64,000 bases of DNA. Origin: Malacoraja senta. Lineage: Eukaryota. Below are positions 1-13,800 of the stretch, one piece after another. The notes beneath the pieces are model-generated. The model was not told where the DNA came from, made no database searches, and saw only the letters and a program-made list of their open reading frames with translations. The translations under genes were made by a program, and so were the position numbers. The first letter of the stretch is position 1; each line of letters begins with the position of its first letter. The stretch spans positions 5,582,001 to 5,646,000 of the forward strand of contig CM075994.1 in NCBI GenBank assembly GCA_038087875.1, in the 5' to 3' direction.

Positions 1-520
1 TACTTCCCTGCTGAGCCCATAATGAGTAAATCCATGGCTGGCTGCTAGATCGTTATTTAGACGTAGTGCATGAGTTCAGAACGGTCTGTTCTGCTTCTTC
101 AAAACAATCATTAGCTGAGCACCTCTTGTGTTGTCAAAGTTCAAAACATCGTTATTTCCAAGGTCATGGTTCAGCAATCGCTGCCATATCTTCAAATTAA
201 TGTAAACAAGCTTTCTGGCTGTCTTCAATATTTTGCAGGCAGTCCCGGAAAGGACGTGTGACGTAATATTTTTTCGACACAATGACGTGTTTACTTAAGA
301 CCTATTGACGTATGCTCCCAGAATGAAATTCAAACAATCTGTTTCTATTCTTCAGGAAATAATCCTCAGGAAATAAAAACATCGGATTGTTTGACATTTT
401 CAATGTCGCTTCAATACAACATTGTATCTAATCTCGTAGCTGTTTTCAAGTTTGCAATGGCAGCCTTTTAAAAAAAATACAACGTTTTCTGCTCGTTACT
501 CACAGATATGGTGTTCTTAC

Positions 521-850
521 CAATTCTTCAATCTTCGTGGCTTCTGATGACCAAGGTCATGAACTCGTGTCCGTTGACTGCGACCAGCAGATTATTTGGT
601 CCAGGATTTAAGCTCTGATCTCCGGCAGAGAATCAGCCTTTCTGCAGTTCCTCTCTTGGAAGCAGTCTTTAGCAACTGCCTCCTGGTAGTAACATAGTTT
701 TCTACTTAAATAATGGCAGGTTTTTTCAAACGTTCCCAAAATCTAATTTCGGTAGCCATTAATAATCGGAGACGATTTGAAGGTGTAACCTAACGCACTC
801 ACCACACACAAGAGAAGGCAAAGATGAATCTTTCAGACGTCGTTGTTGAT
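521..850 (-). pseudogene. Possible decayed B7/butyrophilin-type IgV exon
   Basis: Across frames and stops it reads LVCGECVRLHLQIVSD..ATEIRFW..LPREELQKG*FS and ends at a phase-1 g|gtaag donor. Resembles V-set motifs VGEDVxLPC, MEIRW and LFxEELQKGNxSL, judged by eye only. Confidence 0.35.
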
Positions 851-1275
851 TAATTAGTCGTTTATTGATGGAATAGAAAACAAATGAGTAACTCATATCA
901 TTCCATCTTAGTCGCTGTTCCATTCACGTCATATTAATCACATAAAGGCTTATTATTATAAAGGTATGTCGTCTAGAAACATGTGTGTCGTGATCATGGC
1001 AGAAACCTATTTCCCCTCATATTCCGACACAAACTAAAACTTCAAATCTGCGAGTCTGCTCGTGACTCATCTATCAAAATAACACACCCGTACTACGTAT
1101 CAAATCCCACCTACAAAATACAGACAGATAAGGTCTAAATATTAAAAATGTCAGATAGTGCTCTAATGGCTCCTACAAATGGCTCCTACAAATATTTTGG
1201 CCATTTTAATTTTTTCAAGTAGTGAAGCTAAAAATAACAGAGGCAGTGGCAAAGGTCCAACAATGTTGACGAAAT

Positions 1276-1855
1276 TAAAATAGAACCAAAATGCTGGAAT
1301 AACTCAGCGCGGCAGCCAGGTTCTCCGGAATGAAGGAATGGGTGACGTTTCGGGTCCAGAGCCTTCTTCATACTGAGAGTCGGCGGAGAGGGCGATACAG
1401 TGCTAAATAATGTAGGCTGTGAATATGAGACATAAAAGAGGACGGTGATAAAGGAGAATGTATAATCGATCATTGTTAGCATTGTTACCATGACAACGAA
1501 GCATACACAGGTAACACATTAAATCATGGGGACAGTCAGACCGGTTGGTGAACTATGTCTTATTTTCACAACACACCGTCTTTCCATCTGTCTGAAGAAG
1601 GGTTTCGGCCCGAAACGTTGCCTATTTCCTTCGCTCCATAGATGCTGCTGCACACGCTGAGTTCCTCCAGCACTTTTGTCAACCTTCTTCCCATCTGTGC
1701 CGCCCTATCCTCTGACCCTCAGGCTCAAGAAGGGCCTTGATCCGAATCGACACCCATCCCTTCTATCCAGGGATGCAGCCTGTTCCGCTGAGTTCATCCA
1801 GCATTTTGTGTCTATCGTATATGTAAAGGAGCATCTTCAGTTCCTCCTGCACAAT
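1276..1855. mobile_element. Penelope-like element terminal-repeat fragments in inverted arrangement
   Basis: Minus-strand copy at about 1288-1380 and plus-strand copies at about 1590-1685 and 1720-1845 share the ctgaagaaggg..cccgaaacgt / gatgctgcc..cgctgagt..ctccagcatttt module. The same family recurs at about 5000, 10760, 31960-32165, 33080-33260, 38780-38980, 39730-39910 and 52990-53105. Confidence 0.6.
1592..1619 (+). ncRNA. Minimal type-I hammerhead ribozyme motif (Penelope-associated)
   Basis: CUGAAGA, then a GGG/CCC stem II, then GAAA and the ACGU palindrome with a GUU triplet: ctgaagaagggtttcggcccgaaacgtt. Confidence 0.6.
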
Positions 1856-2215
1856 TACGACGAAATGTTACCTTTATGACATCGAGGAGCTCACAGTCTC
1901 AAGTAGGGACTGAAAACGTGTAATTCCAAGGTCGCAAGAGGTTCGACCAGCCCCGACCCATGTTTCGATCGCCGGAGCGGGTAGCTCAGATCTCCCGATG
2001 CGGGAGCATGATCGCCTTGATGCAGACGGTCCGATCGCAGGATGCGGGAGCCAAGATCGTCCCGTCAATGGAAGGCTGGAGGCACCGGACCGCAGGCGGA
2101 CAAAGAATGGAATGAGATTGAACTTTTATTTTCGTTTCCATCACAGTGAGGAAGAGTCGCTGTGGTGGATGTTTATGTTAAAAAGTATTTGGTTTGTTTG
2201 GTTGCTTTGCATTGA

Positions 2216-3079
2216 TATTGATGCATGTCAAATCAAATCCCTGACATTTTGCAAAAATGCATTGCTAAAAAAGTATGAGTATGAGTATGATTATGATTAT
2301 GACAAAAACAAATTTCATTTCTTGGAACAAGCAGGACATATCCTGACTGGACTAACGAAGTCAATGTCACTTGACAGTGTTTAATTGTAATCTAATTTTC
2401 ATTTATATTTCGTGGTGGCTGCAAAACGATGCGTCAATGTCATTGACGTAAAACATGGCTCCTCTGCGCTCTGCTGAGAGACCTGCCTTCGTAAGGGGAG
2501 AATAACAGATATGTGCTCATGAAGCGTCAGAACAGGGTGGACATTGCTGCAGTTTAGCTGGCTTGGAAACCGATAAAATATCATCGTATGTCTGTAATAG
2601 TGATGTGCAAAAAGCACAACCCGGTGTTTTTCAGCAAATAACACAAATCTAAATCGCTGCTATATCTTCAAATTAATGTAAACAAGCTTTCTGGCTGTCT
2701 TCAATATTTTGCAGGTAGTCCCGTTAAGGACGTGTGACGTAATATTTTTTCGACACAATGACGAGTTTACGTAAGACCTATTGACATTATTCTCCCCTTA
2801 CGAAGGCAGGTCTCTCAGCAGAGCACAGAGGAGCCATGTTTTACGTCAATGACATTGACGCACCGTTTTGCAGCCACCACGAAATATAAATGAACATTAG
2901 ATTACAATTAAACACTGTCAAGTGACATTGATTCTATTAGTCCAGTCCGGATATGTCCTGCTTGTTCCAAGAAATGAAATTTGATTTTGCCATAATCATA
3001 ATCATACTCATACTCATATTTTTTTAGCAAAGCATATTTTGTAACATGTCATACATCATTGATTTGCCATACATCAATA
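2216..3079. repeat. About 290-bp inverted repeat (2216-2505 / 2787-3079)
   Basis: Arms are near reverse complements, e.g. acctgccttcgtaaggggagaataa versus ttattctccccttacgaaggcaggt. Confidence 0.9.
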
Positions 3080-3264
3080 CCAGAGGCAGTGGCAAAGGTC
3101 CAACAATGTTGACGAAATGAGAGGAACGCTAGAAGTTCAAGCATTCCATAGTGAATTCGACCCACCACAATGTGAGCATTTCAAATGACTACAACCGGTA
3201 TGTCACTGATTCGAAACTAAAGAGTGATCAAAATGCAGTGACGTTAAATTGGATTGCAAACTTC

Positions 3265-3800
3265 ATATAACCATATAACCATATAACCATAACAGCACGG
3301 AAACAGGCCATCTCGGCACTTCAAGTCCGTGCCGAACATTTTTTTTAATTTTTTTAAAAATTAAAAATAAATACTTCCCCCTAGTCCCATCTACCTACAC
3401 TCAGACCATAACCCTCCATTCCTTTCCCGTCCATATACCCATCCAATCTATTTTTAAAGGATAACATCGAACCTGCCTCCATCACTTCCACTGGAAGCTC
3501 ATTCCACACAGCTACCACTCTCTGAGTAAAGAAGTTCCCCCTAATGTCCCCCCTAAACTTCTGTCCCTTAATTCTCAAGTCATGTCCCCTTGTTTGAATC
3601 TTCCCTACTCTCAATGGGAAAAGCTTATCCACGTCCACTCTGTCTAACCCGCTCATAATTTTAAAGACCTCTATCAAGTCCCCTCTTAACCTTCTGCGCT
3701 CCAAAGAATAAAGACCTAACTTGTTCAACCTTTCTCTGTAACTTAGTTGCTGAAACCCAGGCAACATTCTAGTAAATCTCCTCTGTACTCTCTCTGTACT
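3265..3800 (-). mobile_element. CR1 LINE 3' fragment
   Basis: ORF 3381-3767 contains LSYRERLNKLGLYSLERRRLRGDLIEVFKI; (ccatataa)n tail. Confidence 0.9.
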
Positions 3801-3878
3801 TCCTTATGAATATAATGATAATAAAGAAAGTTGTCTTGCGATTTAAATTCGCTGCATTTCGTCTTCGGTTTTATTCAT

Positions 3879-3885
<7 letters not shown>

Positions 3886-3962
<77 letters not shown>
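3886..3962. repeat. (TA)n microsatellite
   Basis: Seen directly. Confidence 0.95.
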
Positions 3963-3965
<3 letters not shown>

Positions 3966-4773
3966 CTTCGCTTACGTTTCCTTTGAATTTATAAACCTCT
4001 CAAGATTAACTATATCCTGCATTTTGTGTAATGTCCAACAGAAGATCACGTAGTCCCAGAATTTACGATGATTTATCCCCGGAGAATGTCTGCGAGCAAC
4101 TGTTTATGATTGCTATCATCTTATTAGAGGCACTTTTAGAAAGGCTTCATACAGCGCCGTATGGCAAAAGGCTTTCAGAATATATCTAGAATGCCTCGAT
4201 TTCCCAATCTTTGTCGCTGCTGCTGCTTCAAATAAAAGCCCGTCAACAAATATTTGTGGATTTTGGAAGCCTCGTAAATATAAGAGCGTCAATGCGCTCG
4301 CCGGGCTATTGGAAATGATACGCAGGGCTTTCTCGTATAGACATCGGACCGTAGTTTGAATGGAGGATATGACTGTGCAATAATTCTTGAACCGTATTAT
4401 TCGCAAAATTAATTGAAAATATCTTACGAAATAGGGAGAGAAAATTCCTACAGCTTTAAATACGGGAAATTACGCTTTGTACCTTGAGTTTCACGATTTC
4501 TTTTAACAGTGGGAGTCAATTGAACTGCTATATATAATTGTTACTGTTATTCACTTTCATCTTTCAAAGATGACAACATTATTTATCGTCAGGTCGTATA
4601 CTGTGCAAATATTGTAGAGCATGGTTGAAGTTGATTTTGACGTGTTGTCCGCGGATGTCACCTGTTATACTTGATTTCCGGAGTCAAAATGGTCCATAAT
4701 ATATCTTCTCTGAATTAATGGCTCTGGTTACCTCCACTCACGATCCTCCAAACTATTGATAAACATGTCTTAC

Positions 4774-4809
4774 CGACATCTTTTCGAATTGCTTGTATTT
4801 GTTCTATTT
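4774..4809 (-). CDS. Gene A micro-exon, 36 nt (xIEQIQAIRKDV)
   Basis: Acceptor tttgtttttag, donor g|gtaaga, phase 1-1. Confidence 0.65.
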
Positions 4810-7800
4810 CTAAAAACAAATATAAGCAACAGTTATAATCCTATGTTCCAATGTAAGTGAGTCATGAGTAATCTGAAATGTGTGAGGCATATCATGTGCT
4901 TGGTATAGTTTGTCTATGGACAGTCTATGTACTTTGTCCATTTAAACATCCACTTTTAAAAATACGGTTGTGCAAGATACGTTGACGTCCAAACGTTACC
5001 CATTCCTTCTCTCCAGAGATACTGCCTCACCCGCTGTGTTACTCCAACATTTTCTGTCTACCTTCGACAGAACATAATATTCGCGTGTCCCTTTAGTAGA
5101 GCACTTCCACAGTATTTCACTGTACTTTGAAGTGCATGAATAACGTATTATGTCAGGGTCTTCCAAGTAAGTTTCGTGCTTCAAAGACAACTAAAATAAT
5201 ATATATATTTTTTAAGTTTTGAAAGTGCAATTTCGGGCAAGAAAACCATATTTTGTCCTGGAGAATAGATTCGACTATTCTCAAGAATGTTATCGTGGTG
5301 ACACATTAACACTCTAATACCGCCAATAAAATGCTTCCATTCACTCGGTGTGGAGCCTTGTAGATTATCTGCAAGTGTTTCATGGAAGAACTGCGGCATT
5401 CTGCGCATAGCTGCTTTGCTGTAGAAACCATGCATAACTATCAACCAAAATAACCCATTATTATGTATATGGGCAATTTACCTTCAGCGGTAGAATGGCA
5501 CAACTAGAACAGCCGCTGCTACACAAAGCCTGAGACATGTGATACTGAACTCAGATGTTGTCTGTGTGGAGTTTGGATGTTTTTCTGCGAACTTTCTTCT
5601 CAGTGCACTGGATTCCTCCAACGACCCTTAGCATTTCCAGGATAATATCGTCTGTAAGTCTCCCCCTCCCCCATCCCCAAATTATTGGATGTGGTGATTG
5701 ATTTTAGGCGTGAATACGGTGGGCCGAACTACCTCTTTCCATACTGGATGACGAAGCTCAGTTAATTATTACGTTATACGTCGAAAGAAAATTACGCAAA
5801 GTACAGTAATTATGTATAATACTGGTTTACACGAAGAAATGTGCAGTAAATATGTTGCCTACTTCTTCAGCAATATCATTGCGACTTTTCCATGATTTAT
5901 TTTGCTTTTGTCCATAGAGTCACAATTTTCCGAGAGAACGGTGAATTAACTGCTTTAACACTTAATAAAAACACACCCGTTCTCGTTTCCCGCAACCTTG
6001 TCTCTATGATTAAAACATAAGAAAACAGTTAGCTTTCCCAAAACGTTGCATGACCAACATACTAGCTGATATCTTCTTAGCAAGCATAATAGTTCAGAAT
6101 TTCTTGGAAAACTAGGTAATACAATAGGAAATATCGCACAATATTTGCGAGAATGTTAATATTCACTGGTATGTTTTGCTGATATTCAATTAAATGACGA
6201 GAAAATCGTTAAATAATTCGCCATTTAACGAAACATAATCGCATTGCTACCCTTCTCCAGATGTTCATGACGCTTCATCCCTGCGTTTGCTCGGGTAATA
6301 TGTTTTACTTCGTATTGGGAGGATATTTGTAGCAACACGGTATCATTGCATGATTCGGTAAGCATAATGCGCATTCGTGTTCTTTATTATATAAAACATG
6401 TTCATGTCCTATTTACCAGATTTAATTTGGGAAAAATATAATGAATTTGCATTATATCAAAATATCGTGATTTTTACGAAAACATATTCATTGAAATGTT
6501 ATAGCCGCCTCTTTGGCCAATAATATTCGCTAAATATGTGGCACATATAATTCTACTGGACTAGACGTTCTATTCGATGTTTCCACTAATTTAACATAGA
6601 AACATAGAAACATAGAAACATAGATAATAGACTGAGGACGAGGGCATTTGGCCCTTCGAGCCAGCATCGCCATTCAATGCGATCTTGGTGATCGTCCCCA
6701 ATCAATAACCCGTGCCTGCCTTCTCGCCATATCCCTTGATTCCACTAGCCCCTAGAGCTCTACCTAATTCTTTCTTAAATCCATCCAGTGATTTGGCCTC
6801 CACTGCCCTCTGTGGCAGGGAATTCCACAAATTCACAACTCTCTTGGTGAAAAGGTTTTTTCTCACTTCATTCTTAAATGGCATCCCCTTTATTCTAAGA
6901 CTGTGGGCCCTGGTACTGGACTCGCCCAACATTGGGAACATTTTTCCTGCATCTAGCTTGTCCAGTCGTTTGATAATTTTATACGTTTCTATAAGATCCC
7001 CCTCATCCTTCTGAACTCCAGTGAATACAAGCCTAGTCTTTTCAATCTTTCCTCATATGACAGTCCCGCCCTCCCAGGGATCAATCTTGTGAACCTACGC
7101 TGCACTGCCTCAATCACAAGGACGTTCTTCCTCAAATTAGGATTCCAAAACTGTAGGTAAAGCTCCAGATGTGGTCTTACCAGAGCCTATACAACTGCAG
7201 AAGAACCTCTCTACTCCTATACTGAAATCCTCTTGTTATGAAGGCCAACATTCCATTAGCGTTCTTCACTGCCTGCTGTACCTGCACGCCAACTTTATGT
7301 GACCGGTGTACAACGACACCCAGGTCTCGCTGTACCTCCCCCTTAAGTAACCTAACCCCATTGAGATAATAATCTGCCCCTTAGTTTTTGCCACCAAAGT
7401 GGATAACCTCACATTTATTTATATTATACTGCATCTGCCACGCATCTGCCCACTCGCTCAACCTTTCCAGGCCACACTGCAACCTGCTAACATCCTCTTC
7501 ACAGCTCACACTGCCACCCAGCTTTGTGTCATCCGCAAACTTGCTAGTGTTGCTCCTAATTCCCTCTTCCAAATCATTAATATATATGGTAACTGTTGCG
7601 GCCCCAACACCGAGCCTTAAGGCACCCTAGTCGCCACTGCCTGCCATTCTGTAAAGGACCCGTTCACACCTACACTTTGCTTCCTGTCTGCCAACCAATT
7701 TTCTATCCACGCCACCATCCTACCCCTAGTACCATGCGCTCTAATTTTAGTCACCAGTCTCCCGTGCGGGTCCTTGTCAAAGGCTTTCTGAAAGTCTACA

Positions 7801-10800
7801 TACACTACATCCACTGGCTCCCCTTAATCCATTTTATTGTCACATACTCAAACAAATCCAGAAGATTAGTCAAGCATGATTTTCCTTTCATAAATCCATG
7901 CTGACTTGGACTAATCCTTTTACTGCTATCCAAAAGCCCCATTATTACCTATTTAATAATTGACTCCAGGATCTTTCCCACCACCGAAGTCAGGCTAACT
8001 GGTCTGTAATTCCACGTTTTCTCTCACGCTCCTTTCTTGAAAAGTGGGATAACATTAGCTATCCTCCAATCCGTAGGAACTGATCCTGAATCTATTGAAC
8101 ATTGGAAAATGATCACCAATGCGTCTACTATTTCAAGAACCACCTCCCTGAGGACCCTAGGATGCAGTCCATTAGTCCCCGGGGATTTATCATCCTTCAG
8201 TCCCATTAGCTTGCCCAATACTATTTCTCGCCTAATGAAAATTTATTTCAGTTCCTCGACCACCATAGATCCTCTGTCCTCCAGTACTTCTGTGAGATTG
8301 TTTGTGTCTTCCCTAGTGAAGACAGATCCGAAGTACCTGTGCAACTCTTCTGCCATTTCCTTGTTCCCCATAATAATATTACCCGTGTCTGCCTCCAAGG
8401 GACCCACATTTGACTTTGCTACTCTTTTTCCTGTAACTTATGTAAATAAACCTTTACTGTCCTTCTTCATATTCCTAGCCAGCTTCCCATCGTACTTCAT
8501 CATTTCAGCCCGTGTTGCCCGTTTTGTTTCCTTCTGTTGTCCTAGGAAAGATTCCCAATCCTCTGGCTTCCGGCTACTCTTTGCTGTGTTATACATCTTT
8601 TCTTTTAGTTTTATTCTATCGCTAACTTCTCGTCAACCACAGTTGCCTCCTACTTACCTTTGAACCTTTTCTCCTTTTGGAATGAAATGATCCTGTGTCT
8701 TCCTGGATTATGCCCAGAAAGTCCTGACATTGCTGTTCCACCGTCATTCCTGCTAGTATCCCTTTCCAATCTACCTTGGCCAGCTTCTCTCTCATGCCTT
8801 CATAATCCCCTTTGTTCAGCTGCATCACTGACACTTCCGATTTAACCTTCTCCTTCTCAAATTGCTGATTAAAATTATGCATATGTCATCACTACCTCCA
8901 AGCGGTTCCTTTACCTCGAGTTCTCTTATCAAATCTGGTTAATTGGACAACACTAAATCCAGAATTGCCTTTTCTCTCTTCGGCTCCATTACAAGCCGCT
9001 CTAAGAATGCATCTCGGAGGCATTATCTTTGTTACATGCCAGTTTGAACTCCTGCTGCAACCTATCTTGTTTGAATGTATAATTGTCAGCCTATAATTGG
9101 TTGCTTACACGAATAGAAGTTACCGTAACGTATCGAATTTCCTGACAGGTTTACTTATCAGTCCACTTTTTACTTCATTGTGTTTATTGTCAATATTAAT
9201 CCATTTGCGCCTTTTCCTTGCTAACGTAAATATCACGGCAAGGGGCGTAATGCAAATATATATTTTCGAAAGGACGATTAAAGTTCGCCGTTCTTTCAAG
9301 AACGTCGGATAATTTTGATGACATGCTCTGTACAGAGTAATGTTTGGTTCTTACCGTCTTCTTTCATGTGACCTTCAATGATATCAATAGAGATTACAGT
9401 TACGATTGCAAAAACGAGAGTGCTAACAACAGCGATATTAAGTCACGTGGGGGTAAATGTAATACAACCATATTTAAAAACCGAATACCTTATTGCAATA
9501 CTACTTAAACAAATTGAATAAACATAAGTGTACCTGTCTCTTTATCAGCTGTGAACAGGGAGAAATGTGGCATATAACTATTAAACCATAGCAAGATGCA
9601 TTATTAATTTCAAGTAAGGCACACGGAAAGGAAATACATATAAATGAGAAAGCAACATATGCCCCCTCCACCCACAGAACGAGGTCAATTCTGTTCAAAT
9701 TGTTTACTATTTTCAACAAATTCCAGTGCAGAAGATCAATTATAACAACAAAAGAAAAATGTGGACTGAAATTTACTAGCAAATATCATTACACAAGCGA
9801 AATGGAATACTGAAATTCAGCGAGGATGGTTGCATATAAGAAGATATTTAAGCTTTCAACTTAATTTAAAAGCATGCACGCTCACTTTGATCCCGCAACC
9901 GTCTTTTCAGTTCATCCAACTCTGTAACATCAAAATATCTTTCTGTCAATATGTTCAACAGCGTACCCTTCAATCGCATTATATAAAGCCTTCACCTCTG
10001 GAGCATCACAGAATCAGACAATGCAGTCGTTCTAAAATTCCACGTCTTTCGTTTGACGTTCGCCAATCAGATTCATTCAGAGTCTACAGGATTTATTGTA
10101 TCTCTACCTCAACTCCTTTGTGAGGATTGCAACGTGAATTCTTAACAGGTTTCTCTTCCAGGGAATCTGTATGAACAATATTTGTTTTCGTTCTCTGCTG
10201 ACAGATGTACCGCGAGATCTGTTGAGCTATGCAGTATTTTGCATCGCAAAGTTCCATAATGTATTGTTTGGCTCGTTGGTTCATTCCATATCTCTCCATT
10301 ATAGTATTGCCATTAAAATGCGGTCACCCATCAGTTCCCTGTCAGCAAGACCACGTTCTGCAATTCAATCACGTTCTGACCTATATTGCGAACCAGGCAA
10401 CTGATTTTTTTCTCTCATAATTGCCATGTTTTTTGCGACTTAAATAATTTTCGAAGACGAACACTTCCGAAGAAGGATCAGATGTATGTACCACGGGATT
10501 GGACACCTACGACGTGGATTTATTCTTCGCAGACTGCACTGCTGATGCAATTAATTTCTGGATTTGAATGTCCTTGTGAAAATAAATTTGGCGAGTAGGT
10601 ACAGTGTAATCTCTACTCAAGAACCAGGTCAATGGTTAATTTAAGACTGGTATTACTACTGGTGTGACAGGTATTGATTATATACTTTTTTTTTTAAAGT
10701 AAATGGGTTCGAAGTCATCATTTGAATTTTGGCGACAATTTTTTGTGCTGAATTGGTAAGTCAAACCCGAAACATTGCCAATTATTTCCCTTCCGTGATG

Positions 10801-13800
10801 ATATCTATCCCGCTGACTTCCTCCAGCGTTTTGTATCTTTGGTCAGGCACATGAGTTCGTCACGCTCCCTTCAACAGACAAATGGCGCTATATCGATTAT
10901 CGATAAAACTATATTACAATTGAGTTTTCCTGACAAAATACCCTGCCTAGGTTCAGTGCCGAATTTTCATCTTACCAAAAAAATAGCCTCGAACCTATTC
11001 TGTCGTCGAATCCGTTAACAACATTTGTACTTTTGGAACAACACTGATCTTCAATGCCTTCATATGGTGTTAGAATCTATGGAAATAACTGTCAATCTGA
11101 AGTCTGATAGATTTTTTTTCTGAGGCAGGATCTCCATTCAACGTTAACAGCTATCGGTCTGTCTCGTCGTCATCGAAGATTTGGTGCCTCCAAGTTTATC
11201 TTGTTGCGTAGGAAAAACAACAATCTATGTATTTGTAAGATAAACCACCCCTTTTTATACAACATAGAAACATAGAAACATAGAAAATAGGTGCAGGAGT
11301 AGGCCATTCAGCCCTTCGAGACTGCTTCGCCATTCAATATGATCATGGCTGATCATTCAACTCAGTATCCTGTACCTGCCTTCTCTCCATACCCCCTGAT
11401 CCCTTTAGCCACAAGGGCCACATGTAACTCCCTATTAAATATAGCCAATGAACTGACCTCAACTACGTTCTGTGGCAGATAATTCCGGAGATTCACCACT
11501 CTCTGTGTGAAAAATGTTTTTCTCATCTCGGTCCTAAAATATTTCCCCTTTATCCTTAAACTGTGACGCCTTGTCCTGGACTTCCTCAACATCTGGAACA
11601 ATCTTCCTGCATCTAGCCTGTCCAACCCCTTAAGAATTGTGTAAGTTTCTATAAGAACACCTTAAATCTTCTAAATTCTAGCGAGTACAAGCCGAGTCTA
11701 TCCAGGCTTTCTTCATATGAAAGTCCTGACATCCCAGGAATCAGTCTGGTGAACCTTCTCTGTACTCCTGCTATGGCAAGAATGTCTTTCCTCAGATTTG
11801 GAGACCAAAACTGTACGCAATACTCCAGGTGTGGTCTCAACAAGTGGTGTGGTACAACTGCAGTAGAACATCCCTGCTCCTATTCGCTTTCTTCACTGCC
11901 TGCTGCACCTGCATACCTACTTTCAATGAGTGGTGTACCATGACAGCCAGGTCTCGTTGCATCTCCCCTTTTCCTAATCGGCCACCATTCAGATAATAGT
12001 CTACTTTCCTGTTATCCCATCAATGTGGATAACCTCACATTTATCCACATTATACTGCATCTGCCATGCATTTGCCCACTCACCCAGCCTATCCAAGTCA
12101 CCTTGAAGCCTCCTTGCATCCTCCTCACAGCTAACACTGTCCCCCAGCTTTGTGTCATCCGCAAACTTGGAGATGTTGCATTCAATTCCCCCGTCCAAAT
12201 CATTAATATATATTGCAAATAGCTGGGGTCCCAGCACTAAGCCTTGCGGTACCCCACTAGTTACTGCCTGCCATTCTAAAAAGGACCCGTTTACTCCTAA
12301 TCTTTGCTTCCTGTTGCCAGCCAGTCCTCTATCCACATAAATACTGAACCCCCAATACCGTGTGCTTTAAGTTTGTATACTAATCTCTTATGTGGGACCT
12401 TGTCGAAAGCCTTCTGAAAGTCCAGATATAACACATCCACTGGTTCTCCCTTATCCACTCTACTAGTTACATCCTCGAAAAATTGTATAAGATTCGTCAG
12501 ACATGATTTACCTTTCGTAAATCCATGCTGACTTTGTCCAATTATTTGACCACTTTCCAAATGTTCTGCTAAACAATCTTTAATAACTGACTCTAGCAGT
12601 TTCCCCACTACCGATGTTAGATGAACTGGTCTGTAATTCCCCGTTTTCTCACTCCCTCCCTTTTTAAAAAGTGGTGTTACATTAGCTACCCTCCAATCCT
12701 CAGGAAATACTCCAGAATCTAAGGAGTTTTGAAACATTATCACTAATGCATCAACTATTTCTGGAGCTACTTACTTACGTACTCTGGGATGCAGCCTATC
12801 TGGCCCTGGTGATTTATCGGCCTTTAATCCATTCATTTACCTAACACCACTTCCCGGCTAACCAGGATTTCACTCAGTTCCTCCATCTCATTTCCCCCGC
12901 GGTCCCCTGCTATTTCCGGCAGACAATTTATGTCTTCCCTAGTGAAGACAGAACCAAAGTAGTTATTCAATTAGTCTGCCATGTCCTTGTTCCCCATGAT
13001 CAATTCACCTGTTTCTGACCGCAAGGGACCTACATTTGTTTTAACTAATATTTTTCTCTTCGCATATCTATAAAAACATATGCAGTCAGATTTTGAGTTC
13101 CCTGCTAGTTTTCTTTCATAATCTATTTTCCCTTTCCTACTTAAGCCCTTTGTCCTCCTCTGCTGGACTCTGAATTTCTCCCAGTCCTCTGGTTGGCTGA
13201 TTTTCTGGCTAATTTGTACGCTTCATCTTTTATTTTGATACTATCCCTGATTTCCCCTGTTATCCACGGATGCACTGCCTTCCCTGATTTTCAAATACGT
13301 GCCAAAATAATTTGGTGATCATGTCTCTCTTCACCACCCAAGAGTACAAATAATTATTTTTAAAATAGCCATGCAAATTAATATATTACCAACATCTTTT
13401 TTGCGAATATCGCTTTCTGCAAGAAAAAAAACTTTAACATAATACCGTTCAGCAAGGGTTTCTAAAACAGTTGGATACACAATCATCCTTTTTTTCTCTT
13501 CCCATCTATTTTTCTTTAATAATACACAGGAAATAAAAATCGGGATGAATGCAAAGTGGTACATGTATTCATTTTTTGCTGCGATAATACCACTATCTTA
13601 TTAGTACGCAAATATTGTCCATTGGCTGATCGTCCGACCTTTAATTAGCCATGCAAGAGTCTTCATTGATTTGTAAAACTCACAACACCAATTTGTGTAT
13701 GTGTGTGTGTGTGAGGGCATTTTTAAAAATTGATTTCGAAGTGACTTGTGCATTTTAATGTTTTTGTGGAATATTTGGAAGATAAGGAAGCTTTAATATA

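Noticed and set aside
8037..8663. 208-aa plus-strand ORF and its twin at 49307-49960
   Set aside because: Antisense shadow frames of CR1 ORF2.
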